DNA of 64,000 nt from an uncultured Planctomycetota bacterium (GTDB lineage: Bacteria; Planctomycetota; Planctomycetia; Pirellulales; Lacipirellulaceae), in contig CAVRBU010000020.1 in assembly GCA_963719315.1 (NCBI GenBank), positions 32,001 through 96,000 of the forward strand, given 5' to 3'. Every line of letters begins with the position of its first letter. Position 1 is the first letter of the stretch. Under the pieces are notes generated by a model. It was not told where the DNA came from. It worked only from the letters and a program-made list of their open reading frames with translations, and did no database searches. This document shows, piece by piece, positions 21,733 through 30,727 of this stretch. The position numbers and the translations under genes are program-made.

Positions 21733-22005
21733 ATGTCGCAAGCAATTGTCGATCCCAACGAACTGCGACGTTTTGCACAGAATCTTAAGAAGTTCAACCA
21801 GGAACTGGAAGAGCGGCTTACGTCGCTGCGGGCCCAGCTCCAGGCGTTGGGCGCCACGTGGCGCGATCAGGAGCACAAGAAGTTCACCGAAGATTTCGAA
21901 GAGCACATGAAAGTCATTGGCCGTTACGTGGACGTGACGAACGAGCACGCGCCGTTTTTGATGCGCAAAGCGGAGCGGATCGAGGAGTACCTTCAACAGA
22001 GGTGA
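21733..22005 (+). CDS. WXG100/ESAT-6-like protein
   Basis: 90 aa, IVDPNELRRFA start, two helices joined by a central W-R-D turn. Confidence 0.85.
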   Translation: MSQAIVDPNELRRFAQNLKKFNQELEERLTSLRAQLQALGATWRDQEHKKFTEDFEEHMKVIGRYVDVTNEHAPFLMRKAERIEEYLQQR

Positions 22006-22114
22006 GGAGGGTCGAGGGCGGAGGGTCGAGGGTCGAGAGCCGGAAGCAAACGCGATTTCCTTCGTTTAGAGTTCTGGCTCTTGAACCTCGTCCCTAAGGC
22101 CTTGACCATTTGCC

Positions 22115-22750
22115 ATGAGCGGTCCGGCTAGGGTTCATTCCAGCGATGCGATCGAGGCCGTGCGGATGGCGCTGGTGTCGTTTATTGATCGTGTCAGTGA
22201 TGCAATGATGGAACTGAGTGCCGAAATGCGACGTGCACAAGAGTGGTTAGAGCACGACCGGCCAGCCTATTGGAGGAAGCAGACTCGACTTGGAATGGAT
22301 CAAGTTCACGAAGCCCAGCAGGCGCTCCACCGCTGTTTGATGTTCCCAGTAGCGAATGAGCGGCCCAGTTGCTACGAAGAACGGGCCATGCTTAAAAAGG
22401 CGCAGGTCCGGCTGGTGTATTGTCAGGAGAAGACTGAGCGCGTGCGGCATTGGCAGCAGACCCTGCGGCACGAGCTGTTCGAATACGAAGGCCGCATGTC
22501 GCAGCTCGTCAAATTGGTAGAAATCAACGTCCCGCAGGCGATCGGCGTATTGAACAAAATCATGCGACGCCTGGAAGAATATCACGCGGTGCGCGCGACC
22601 AACCCGCGGGCATCGTACGACGACGTCGCGATGGCGCGAGCGATTTGGGCCGAGGACGAGAGCGAATCGAAGGCTGAGGATGCAATTGCCACGGAAGTCG
22701 ATCCCGCGGCAGATGTCGAAAACGTCGAAGATTCGAAACCACAAACCTAA
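22115..22750 (+). CDS. Helical coiled-coil protein, putative T7SS-like substrate or partner
   Basis: All-helical, Esx-like N-terminus, helical part ends RRLEEY before an acidic tail; lies between esx-like genes. Confidence 0.7.
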   Translation: MSGPARVHSSDAIEAVRMALVSFIDRVSDAMMELSAEMRRAQEWLEHDRPAYWRKQTRLGMDQVHEAQQALHRCLMFPVANERPSCYEERAMLKKAQVRLVYCQEKTERVRHWQQTLRHELFEYEGRMSQLVKLVEINVPQAIGVLNKIMRRLEEYHAVRATNPRASYDDVAMARAIWAEDESESKAEDAIATEVDPAADVENVEDSKPQT

Positions 22751-22818
22751 AAAGTTTACACCGCGGCCTCCGTGCCACAACGTGAAGCTTCCCGTTTGCA
22801 TCGTTAGGATCAGTCACC

Positions 22819-23043
22819 ATGCAAAAATTCGATCTTGCCACCGGGGCCGGCCGAATTCGGCACGCTCTGGAGCATCTGGAAATCGTGTGGAATGAAAGTT
22901 CCGCCGAGTGGAACGACGTCGTTAGCCGAAACTTTCAAGAGCATCATTTGGAGCCGATGCTGCCGCAATTGAAGTTGGGGCTCGATGCGATATCGCGGAT
23001 GAACCTGTTGATCAGCGAGGCAGAGCGTGACTGCGAGTCGTGA
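22819..23043 (+). CDS. Small WXG100-like helical hairpin protein (74 aa)
   Basis: Central W-N-D turn; overlaps the start of the ATPase gene. Confidence 0.65.
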   Translation: MQKFDLATGAGRIRHALEHLEIVWNESSAEWNDVVSRNFQEHHLEPMLPQLKLGLDAISRMNLLISEAERDCES

Positions 23044-26000
23044 GACAATCTCCACCGAGCCGCTTTCGACGCGGCGCGAGCTTGAACTGCTGCGCGATTT
23101 GCAGCGGTTGGCGAACGAGCGCGCGCAGGAGGAGCAGCGGATTCGCGAGACGCTCGCCACGGGCTTGCAGTCGGCCGAAAAGGTCCGCGACACCACGGCT
23201 GCGGATGTCGAGCGGCAGTTCGCCGAGTCGCGAACGGCCGCGACGAGCGAATACGAACAGATCACGAGCGCCGCGCGCGAGCGCTACGAGGACGAGCGCA
23301 ACGCCGCACAAAAGGAGTACAAAGGCCTGCGGCAGGGCGTGGAGTCAGAGCTTTCGCGGGTCCGGGAGGCGGCGAAGAGCGAGCAGCAGAACGCCAGTTG
23401 GGAAGCACTCACGGTGTTCGATGCACTCAAGGGCCAGCCACGCGAAAAGTTTCTCGCCACAGTTCAGCAACTCAAGCGTCACAACCAAGAACTGGCCGTT
23501 CTGGAGCACGACGCGACGGAGATCATGAAGATGCGCCGCCAATGGCGCGAGTTTCCCGCCGTTGAACTATCGGCTGTCGGCCACGCCGTTTCGGAGAATG
23601 GTCAACCTCAGCCCACGGAACCGGCGGCCGTCGAGGTCGCCGTGCCGGCCGCTGCGCAACGTGGTTGGAAATCGCTGTCAAAAGTGCCCGCGGTCGTCGA
23701 GCAGGCGCCAGACCCAGATGACGTTGAGCGGGCGATTCAACGAGCAGCAGTCGTGACTACAGCAGTGCGCGACGCGGCGGTCGCATTACAGCGCCAGATG
23801 TTGCCGCGCCTTTTCGAGGGCGGCACGCCCGTATGTGTCTTCCTCGCCGCGTGGGCGATCGCCGCGATTCCGTGCGCCATCGTGATCGGTTGGACCAACT
23901 GGATTTGGGTCGCCGCGAGTTTCGGCATTGCGATCGTCGCGACGGTGGGGTTGCTCGCCTGGCTGTGGCCCGTCGCGCGGGGAGAGAGTGGTCGGCAGTT
24001 TCAGACGATTCAACAGCTTTTGGCGGACGCCCGGCAGGGCTTGAAGGAGGCTCTGGAAGCCGCCCGCGAACGTGGTGAATATGAGGCCCAGGCACTCGTT
24101 GCCGAGCGCGATAAGCACCTGACCTCGGCCGAGAAGAAACTGCTGGCGAAAGTTGGCGAGCGCGAGCGGTGGAAAGAAGGCGAGATCGACCGAGCGGGAC
24201 AGACGTATCCGCAACGCCTCGCGCAATTGCGCGGCGAATTGGACGATGCTCTTGCCGGCGCCAAAAACAAGCACTCGACTGCGTTGGCGCTCATCACCGA
24301 GAATCGGGACAAACGCGAGGCCGAAAATCGAAATGAGTACGCGGAGCGGGTGCGCGAAGTGCGGGCGGAGCACGATCGAGAGTGGGAGGCGCTCAGCGAG
24401 CGGTGGCGAACGGGTCTCGCCGAGTTGAACGAGGCCTGGGCTCGTATCGACGCCGAGTGTGACCGATTGTTCCCCGATTGGGAAACAACACAATACGAAA
24501 CGTGGTCCGCGCCGGTTGAGCCCACACCGGCCATTCAATTCGGCAACGTGACGCTCGATTTGTCTCAGGTCAAAAACGGCGTGCCGCAGGATGAGCGATT
24601 GCGGCCGGCGAAAACGGCCATTCAATTGCCGGCGATGATGACACTCGAAGAGCATCCGGTGCTGCTCATCACGGCTGAAGAGGAGGGCCGACGCGAGGCG
24701 ATCGAGGTGCTGCAGATCATGATGTTGCGATTCCTGACCGCTATGCCGCCGGGCAAGGTGCGGTTCACGATTCTCGACCCAGTGGGGCTGGGCGAAAACT
24801 TCGCATCATTCATGCACCTGGGCGATTTTGATGAGCACCTCATCGCCAGCCGCATTTGGACCGAAGCCCGGCAGATCGACGAGCAGCTAACGCGGCTTAC
24901 CGCCCATATGGAAACCGTGCTGCAGAAGTATTTGCGAAATGAATTCGCAACGATTCACGAATACAACGCACAGGCGGGCGAGGTAGCCGAGCCGTTTCAG
25001 GTGTTGGTCGCGGCCAACTTCCCGACGAACTTCAGCGAGGCGGCAGCACGAAAACTTGTGAGCATCACCACGAGCGGGCCGCGTTGCGGCGTGTACACGT
25101 TGATCATGGTGGATCGCAAGCAGAAAATGCCAGCCAACTTCGATCTCCATGATTTAGAGACCGGCGCGGTGCATCTCGACTGGGTGTCTGGGCTCGAGCG
25201 TCAGCGAGTCTCCAGCTTTCCCGATGATCCACCGTTTGGGGGCACGCCTTCGGCTCGACGCCAGACACCCGAGAGAGTGGGATTCCGCTGGCGCTACCCG
25301 GCGTTCGAGCATTTTCCGCTTGCACTCGATCGGCCGCCGTCGGCGGAGCGGTTCAACGATGTGGTCCGCGCCGCGGGGCGGGCCGCCAAGGACTCGATGA
25401 AGGTAGAAGTGCCCTTCGAGCAGGTTGCGCCGCCCGAGAACGAATATTGGACCGGCGACAGCGGGAAGGAGCTGGTCGTTCCGATCGGCCGGGCGGGCGC
25501 ACGCCGTTTGCAGCCTGTGCGGTTGGGCAAGGGCACATCACAGCACTTGCTCGTGGCCGGCAAAACGGGTTCTGGAAAGTCGACGTTTTTGCACGCGCTC
25601 GTTACGAACACGGCGCTGATCTATGGCCCGGACCAGGTCGAGTTTTACCTCATCGACTTCAAGAAGGGGGTGGAATTCAAGACCTACGCGACGCACCGCT
25701 TGCCACACGCGCGGGTCATCGCGATCGAGAGCGAACGGGAGTTCGGCCTGAGCGTGCTGGAACGGCTGGACGGAGAATTGCGGCACCGCGGCGAATTGTT
25801 TCGCGCGGCGGGCGTGCAGGATTTGCCGGATTATCGCCGGTCGCGGCCCAACGTGAACATGCCTCGGGTATTGTTGATCGTGGACGAATTCCAAGAGTTG
25901 TTCGTCGAAGACGACAAGCTCGCGCAAGACGCCGGTTTGCTTCTCGATCGGTTGGTGCGACAAGGTCGCGCGTTCGGGATTCACGTATTATTGGGTTCGC

Positions 26001-27244
26001 AGACGTTGAGCGGTGCGTATTCGCTCGCTCGCAGCACGATGGGGCAAATGGCGGTGCGCGTGGCCCTGCAATGCAGTGAGGCCGATGCTCACCTGATTCT
26101 CAGCGACGAACGCAACGAGGCGGCGCGTTTTTTGAGCCGGCCGGGCGAAGCGGTTTACAACGATCAGAACGGCTTGCTGGCCGGCAACCAGCCGTTTCAG
26201 GTGGTATGGCTCAGCGAATCGCAACGGGTCGATTACCTGCGTCAGATCGAAAATAAGTACCGGGAGCAAGGAGCTACCCGCGGTATGTCTGGTCTGGAAA
26301 CGATCGTGTTCGAAGGCGATCAGGCCGCGGACCCGTCGGATAACGTGCAATTGCGGGAAATGATGGAGCGCGGTCCGAGCGGCACGGGGGGTGCATCGCA
26401 AAAGGCGTGGCTCGGCTCTGCCGTGGCCATTAAAGAACCGACCGCAGCCACGTTCGCCCGTCATTCAGGCAGCAATCTGTTGGTCGTTGGCGCCTGGGAA
26501 GATTCAGCGCTGGGTGTGCTGGCGAACGCGGTCGTGTCGCTTGCGGTGCAGAACAAGGCAGGGAGCACGGAGCAAGGAGCAGGGGATGAAAAATCGTCCG
26601 AAGCTCCCCGCTCCCCGCTCCCCGCTCCTCGCTTTTACGTCCTCGATGGCACGCGTCCCGAGTCGTTGGAGGCCGGCACCTGGCAACGAATCGCGGAGGC
26701 GCTTCCGCACCAAATCGAAGTGGCGAGCCCGCGCGACACGGCCCGAGTGATCGGCGAGATCACCGCTGAACTAGCACGGCGTGAGGCAGCCGGCGAAGAA
26801 AACGCTCCACCCATTTATCTCGTCATCTTCAACGGCGGCCGCTTCCGCGAGTTGCGCCGCAGCGAAGATGATTTCAGTTTCTCCACGGATCGCGACAAAC
26901 CGCCCAGCCCCGACAAGCAATGGGCCGAGATACTTAAGAACGGCCCGGCCTGGGGCATCCACTCGCTCGTCTGGTGTGACTCCTACAACAACGTGAGCCG
27001 CATCCTCGACCGCATGGCGATGCGCGAATTCGAAATGCGCGTGGCCTTCCAAATGAGCGCGGCCGACTCGGCGAGCTTCCTCGACAACCCGGCCGCCACA
27101 AAGCTCTGCCAACATCGCGGGCTGTTCGCGAGCGAAGACCTCGGCACGATTGAGAAGTTTCGACCGTATGGGATACCGACGAATGCGTGGTTGGCCGAAG
27201 TGCGACGGGCCGTCGAAAGGCCAGGAAACGGCAACGTCGTTTAG
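23027..27244 (+). CDS. Membrane FtsK/SpoIIIE-family ATPase (EccC/EssC-like)
   Basis: Coiled coils, two TM helices, HLLVAGKTGSGKST, IDFKKG, LLIVDEFQ, RQGRAFGIH; flanking degenerate ATPase-like domains. Confidence 0.9.
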   Translation: MTASRETISTEPLSTRRELELLRDLQRLANERAQEEQRIRETLATGLQSAEKVRDTTAADVERQFAESRTAATSEYEQITSAARERYEDERNAAQKEYKGLRQGVESELSRVREAAKSEQQNASWEALTVFDALKGQPREKFLATVQQLKRHNQELAVLEHDATEIMKMRRQWREFPAVELSAVGHAVSENGQPQPTEPAAVEVAVPAAAQRGWKSLSKVPAVVEQAPDPDDVERAIQRAAVVTTAVRDAAVALQRQMLPRLFEGGTPVCVFLAAWAIAAIPCAIVIGWTNWIWVAASFGIAIVATVGLLAWLWPVARGESGRQFQTIQQLLADARQGLKEALEAARERGEYEAQALVAERDKHLTSAEKKLLAKVGERERWKEGEIDRAGQTYPQRLAQLRGELDDALAGAKNKHSTALALITENRDKREAENRNEYAERVREVRAEHDREWEALSERWRTGLAELNEAWARIDAECDRLFPDWETTQYETWSAPVEPTPAIQFGNVTLDLSQVKNGVPQDERLRPAKTAIQLPAMMTLEEHPVLLITAEEEGRREAIEVLQIMMLRFLTAMPPGKVRFTILDPVGLGENFASFMHLGDFDEHLIASRIWTEARQIDEQLTRLTAHMETVLQKYLRNEFATIHEYNAQAGEVAEPFQVLVAANFPTNFSEAAARKLVSITTSGPRCGVYTLIMVDRKQKMPANFDLHDLETGAVHLDWVSGLERQRVSSFPDDPPFGGTPSARRQTPERVGFRWRYPAFEHFPLALDRPPSAERFNDVVRAAGRAAKDSMKVEVPFEQVAPPENEYWTGDSGKELVVPIGRAGARRLQPVRLGKGTSQHLLVAGKTGSGKSTFLHALVTNTALIYGPDQVEFYLIDFKKGVEFKTYATHRLPHARVIAIESEREFGLSVLERLDGELRHRGELFRAAGVQDLPDYRRSRPNVNMPRVLLIVDEFQELFVEDDKLAQDAGLLLDRLVRQGRAFGIHVLLGSQTLSGAYSLARSTMGQMAVRVALQCSEADAHLILSDERNEAARFLSRPGEAVYNDQNGLLAGNQPFQVVWLSESQRVDYLRQIENKYREQGATRGMSGLETIVFEGDQAADPSDNVQLREMMERGPSGTGGASQKAWLGSAVAIKEPTAATFARHSGSNLLVVGAWEDSALGVLANAVVSLAVQNKAGSTEQGAGDEKSSEAPRSPLPAPRFYVLDGTRPESLEAGTWQRIAEALPHQIEVASPRDTARVIGEITAELARREAAGEENAPPIYLVIFNGGRFRELRRSEDDFSFSTDRDKPPSPDKQWAEILKNGPAWGIHSLVWCDSYNNVSRILDRMAMREFEMRVAFQMSAADSASFLDNPAATKLCQHRGLFASEDLGTIEKFRPYGIPTNAWLAEVRRAVERPGNGNVV
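25182..25270. repeat. Palindromic element (family D) translated within the ATPase gene
   Basis: GGGTGTCTGG...CCAGACACCC; related intergenic copies at 45903-45981 and 61224-61258. Confidence 0.7.
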
Positions 27245-27333
27245 CCGGGTGCGCCAGTCCACAGGTAGGCTCAATTCGACTGTGCCCTTAACTAGCGCTA
27301 TACTATATTGATGTTGTCTATCGGGAGTCGCAT

Positions 27334-27591
27334 ATGAGTACCGCCGCTATCCATCTCGATCGCTTGCTGGAGCCGTTTGCCATCTGTTTGACGCCGGATG
27401 TAGCGGCCAAAGTGGCCGACATGCGAGTCGACGATGAGATGCAGCGGCGCATCGATCATTTAGCGGATCGCGCTAACGAAGGCTTGCTCACATCCGACGA
27501 AAACGACGAATACGCCGGCTATTTACGCGCGATTGATGTGATCGCAGTTTTACAAGCCAAGGCCCGTTCCCAACTGCGCAAACAACCGTGA
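27334..27591 (+). CDS. Small helical protein, antitoxin-like partner of the HNH gene
   Basis: RIDHLADRANEGLLTSDENDEY; stop overlaps the HNH start (GTGA). Confidence 0.7.
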   Translation: MSTAAIHLDRLLEPFAICLTPDVAAKVADMRVDDEMQRRIDHLADRANEGLLTSDENDEYAGYLRAIDVIAVLQAKARSQLRKQP

Positions 27592-27998
27592 TCGACCAAG
27601 CTTTGCGTTCCGTAGTTCGCCTTCGAGCGGGCGACCTATGCGAGTATTGTCGACTGCCGCAAGCGTCCTCGCGATATGTCCGATTTCACACGGAACATAT
27701 CGTAGCGCTGCAACATGGTGGTCCTAGCGACGCAGATAACCTTGCGTTGGCGTGCGGATATTGTAATCACCATAAGGGGCCGAACATTGCCAGCCTAGAT
27801 CCGGACACAGGCCAACTGATAGCTCTGTTTCATCCGAGGCGCGATTTGTGGTCCGATCATTTCGCGTGGGACGATACGGTGATCGTCGGCCAAACTCCCG
27901 TGGGACGGGCGACTGTTCGACTCTTGGGAATGAACGACTGGCAGCGTATCGAATTGCGCGAGAATCTCCAATCGCTCGGAGAACCGTTCGCGGGATGA
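27588..27998 (+). CDS. HNH endonuclease
   Basis: CEYC, EHIV..QHGG, NLALACGYCNHHKG, LFHPR. Confidence 0.9.
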   Translation: MIDQALRSVVRLRAGDLCEYCRLPQASSRYVRFHTEHIVALQHGGPSDADNLALACGYCNHHKGPNIASLDPDTGQLIALFHPRRDLWSDHFAWDDTVIVGQTPVGRATVRLLGMNDWQRIELRENLQSLGEPFAG

Positions 27999-28011
27999 GA
28001 TTCACGATTGC

Positions 28012-28086
28012 GGACTGTTCGCTGGCGAAGACCTCGGTACCATCGAAGAATTCCGGCCGTATGGAATTCCGACGGATGAATGGCTA
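28012..28086 (+). pseudogene. Diverged duplicate of the ATPase 3' end
   Basis: GLFAGEDLGTIEEFRPYGIPTDEWL versus GLFASEDLGTIEKFRPYGIPTNAWL at 27119-27193. Confidence 0.85.
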
Positions 28087-28102
28087 AAAACCGTCGGTCT
28101 GA

Positions 28103-28717
28103 CTATTGCCGATCGACGGACGCATTAGCCGGTTTCAAGTGCCAATTGAAAGTTGCACTTCCTGCACCTAGCTTTACAAGTGCTATCTGCGATTCTTTTA
28201 CTAGCCAATGATCGCCAGACTTGCTGGCGCACTTCAATGTCGGAACAGCTTTTCGCGCAGGCTCTCCGATATTTCCGAGTGCGCGAGCGGCGTAAACGGT
28301 GCTGAATTCAGAAAAGAAGCTGGGGTTCGAAAGTGCGAATTCGAGCTTGCGGACTAGAATGTCAACGGCAGGTGCCGAAGGCGGCCCAATTTCGGAAAGT
28401 GCGCGTATTGCCGCATCTTCTACGAATTTGTCGCCGCAGTTCGCAGCGCGAATCAGGGCCGGCACGGCGGGTGCGGCGTGCAACCTCGTCGTTCCTAACG
28501 CGTAGCACGCGCGGCAACGGCCAAATCGCCAGTTGCCATTTACTAGTTCAATGAGTTCATGGAGTGCGCGCTGTCCCTCTTTCGAATCGGGATTTGCATT
28601 GATAACTGCCGCTATTTCATCTGTATGCCGCGAAATGTATTTACGATCTTCGACTGTATCGCCGCAGCCAGTCGTTGCGACGAACCACGCAAGCAACAGT
28701 GGCCAGTAATAGCACAC
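28103..28717 (-). CDS. HEAT/PBS-lyase repeat protein, possible lipoprotein
   Basis: ATTGC lipobox-like; repeats ALG...AAPAVPAL, ALSEIGP, ALGNIGEPARKAVPTL. Confidence 0.72.
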   Translation of the reverse strand: MCYYWPLLLAWFVATTGCGDTVEDRKYISRHTDEIAAVINANPDSKEGQRALHELIELVNGNWRFGRCRACYALGTTRLHAAPAVPALIRAANCGDKFVEDAAIRALSEIGPPSAPAVDILVRKLEFALSNPSFFSEFSTVYAARALGNIGEPARKAVPTLKCASKSGDHWLVKESQIALVKLGAGSATFNWHLKPANASVDRQ

Positions 28718-28843
28718 GTTTCAGACCCACGATAAGCTGTGATGCTAGTAATATTCGATGTGCATATAGCACAGCTTTCCGAGTACAATCGGTTGCGAGA
28801 AACGAGAACATCCAGGCAAATAGTAAAAGTAGCACTCTGGAAA

Positions 28844-29242
28844 TCAGCGGCGGGCTAGAAACAATGTCGGATCGACGTGAAAATACTCGGCCAGCCGGAA
28901 TGCATTTTCCACACTGATTGAACGCTTGCCTTTGAGCGCCTCACTGATTGTCGAACGGGGAACGCCAATTGCGCGGGCAAACTCCGCCTGAGATTTTCCG
29001 CTGCTCTCTAGGAGATGTTGTAGAATATCGCGCGGCGGAACGTTGGGCGTGGGGTATATTTGCTCCTCATAGTCGTTTGCGAGTTTCGACAGCAGCTCCA
29101 AAAGCGTGTTCTGTGCAGGCGATCGCCGCGGCAGCTTCATCAGGCGATCAATCCATTTGAGAGCGCGCTCGTGCGTCTTTTCATCGTGAATGACGCGCGG
29201 TTGAGCTTCTTGTAACAGACTCGCGTAGGTTGTCGATGCCAT
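28844..29242 (-). CDS. higA: HigA-like HTH antitoxin
   Basis: LSKLANDYEE; XRE HTH SQAEFARAIGVPRSTISEALKGKR. Confidence 0.85.
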   Translation of the reverse strand: MASTTYASLLQEAQPRVIHDEKTHERALKWIDRLMKLPRRSPAQNTLLELLSKLANDYEEQIYPTPNVPPRDILQHLLESSGKSQAEFARAIGVPRSTISEALKGKRSISVENAFRLAEYFHVDPTLFLARR

Positions 29243-29244
29243 GG

Positions 29245-29553
29245 TTAGCAGTCCTTTTTCCAATCGCCGCGATCATATTCCGCATGCGTAAGAAAGTGTT
29301 TGAAGTATAGTGTGCCCGTTCCTGCTGCCTTGGGACGGGAATAGTAAACTCCGACAATGAGGCGCCTCGCTCCCGGTGCATCAAACACCAAGCAGTCGCC
29401 TACCTGATCCGCAGTCGGATATGCAGTGCGAACTTTGTGTAAGCTGGTCCAGTGAGCGTCGCGGGATGTCTTCCACCAATCATCCAGCCATTTCCGACAT
29501 TGCGGATGACGGGCCTGTGCTGTGCGGACTGCACGGCGGCTGATGACATTCAT
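29245..29553 (-). CDS. higB: HigB-like toxin
   Basis: MNVIS, W..L..V...YP.AD.VG..LVFD, FLTHAEYD. Confidence 0.85.
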   Translation of the reverse strand: MNVISRRAVRTAQARHPQCRKWLDDWWKTSRDAHWTSLHKVRTAYPTADQVGDCLVFDAPGARRLIVGVYYSRPKAAGTGTLYFKHFLTHAEYDRGDWKKDC

Positions 29554-29560
29554 TCGTCTA

Positions 29561-29589
29561 ATTCTAGCATGTTCGCAATATGCGAACAA
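29561..29589 (-). promoter_or_regulatory. Promoter and operator palindrome of higBA-1
   Basis: TTGTTC-17 bp-TAGAAT; IR TGTTCGCA-N3-TGCGAACA; ATG 7 nt after the -10. Confidence 0.7.
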
Positions 29590-29601
29590 GTCCGGAATCA
29601 T

Positions 29602-30594
29602 TCATCCAGAGAGCTTTTCCGCCGATTGGGCGAAGACTTCAGCAATTACTTCTTCCAGCGGCGGGTCTTCGACGCTCACGTCTTCGAGCGTGTGGTTGGC
29701 CAGCACAGTGGAGAGGACCTCGGAGATCTTTTGGCGATCGACTCGGAGTTTTACGCGCGGCTCGACCAGCTCGACCACTTCGCCGTAGCGGCTGAAGTCG
29801 CTCGGCAATTGGCCGTTGGCGAACAGCAGCGTCAGCACTTTGTGGCTGCTGAAGCGGTCGATAATGCCGGCCAGCGAGCCGTCGTAGACGATTTGGCCGT
29901 GGTTGATGACGACCACGCGGCGGCAGAGGGCGGCCACGTCTTTCATGTAATGGCTAGTGAGCAGGACGGTGATTCCTCGGACTTCCTGGTAGTGTTTCAG
30001 GAATTTCTGAATGTTGTGCTGTGCCACGACATCGAGCCCGATCGTCGGCTCATCGAGGAATAGAACTTCGGGCGAGTGGAGCAGGGCGGCGATCAGTTCC
30101 ATCTTCATTCGCTCGCCGAGCGACAGTTCCCGGACGGGCTGGTTGAGCAGCCGACGAACGTCCAGCAAATCGACGAGCTCGTCCTGGGTGCGGCCGTATT
30201 GTACGGCGTCGATGCGGTAGATTTGCTGGTGCAGGCGGAACGATTCGGCGGCGGGCAGGTCCCACCACAACTGATTCTTCTGTCCCATCACGAGCGCGAA
30301 CCGGCGGCGGTAGGCGTTGTCGCGCTGCCAGGGCACGAAACCGAGAACGCGAGCCTCGCCGCCGGTGGGGTTGATAACGCCGGAAAGGAGTTTGAGCGTC
30401 GTGGTTTTACCGGCGCCGTTGGGGCCAAGGAACGCGACGAACTCGCCTGCTGCGACATCCAGGTCGATGCCTCGGACGGCGTTTACCTCGCGATATTCGC
30501 GATGAAAAAGCCCCGAGAGTGCGGCCCGCAGGCCTTCTTTCTTGTGGTAGACGCGATACGACTTTTGCAGGCCGCGAATTTCGATGACGGACAT
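29602..30594 (-). CDS. ABC-2 type transporter ATP-binding protein
   Basis: [36 protein letters not shown]. Confidence 0.92.
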   Translation of the reverse strand: MSVIEIRGLQKSYRVYHKKEGLRAALSGLFHREYREVNAVRGIDLDVAAGEFVAFLGPNGAGKTTTLKLLSGVINPTGGEARVLGFVPWQRDNAYRRRFALVMGQKNQLWWDLPAAESFRLHQQIYRIDAVQYGRTQDELVDLLDVRRLLNQPVRELSLGERMKMELIAALLHSPEVLFLDEPTIGLDVVAQHNIQKFLKHYQEVRGITVLLTSHYMKDVAALCRRVVVINHGQIVYDGSLAGIIDRFSSHKVLTLLFANGQLPSDFSRYGEVVELVEPRVKLRVDRQKISEVLSTVLANHTLEDVSVEDPPLEEVIAEVFAQSAEKLSG

Positions 30595-30727
30595 ACGGGC
30601 GTGATTATACGTCCGGCCTTAGCGTGCGAGTAGGTAGGGAATTGCAAAATGAAAAATGCGAAAGGTTGGATGGGTGGCATGCTCTTCCGCCGAGGTGGGT
30701 GAGCATGGCTTGAGCGAGTCAGCATGC

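Noticed and set aside
23027..27244. Calling the ATPase the cell-division FtsK
   Set aside because: No gamma domain is recognisable, it has tandem ATPase-like blocks, and its neighbours are WXG100-like.
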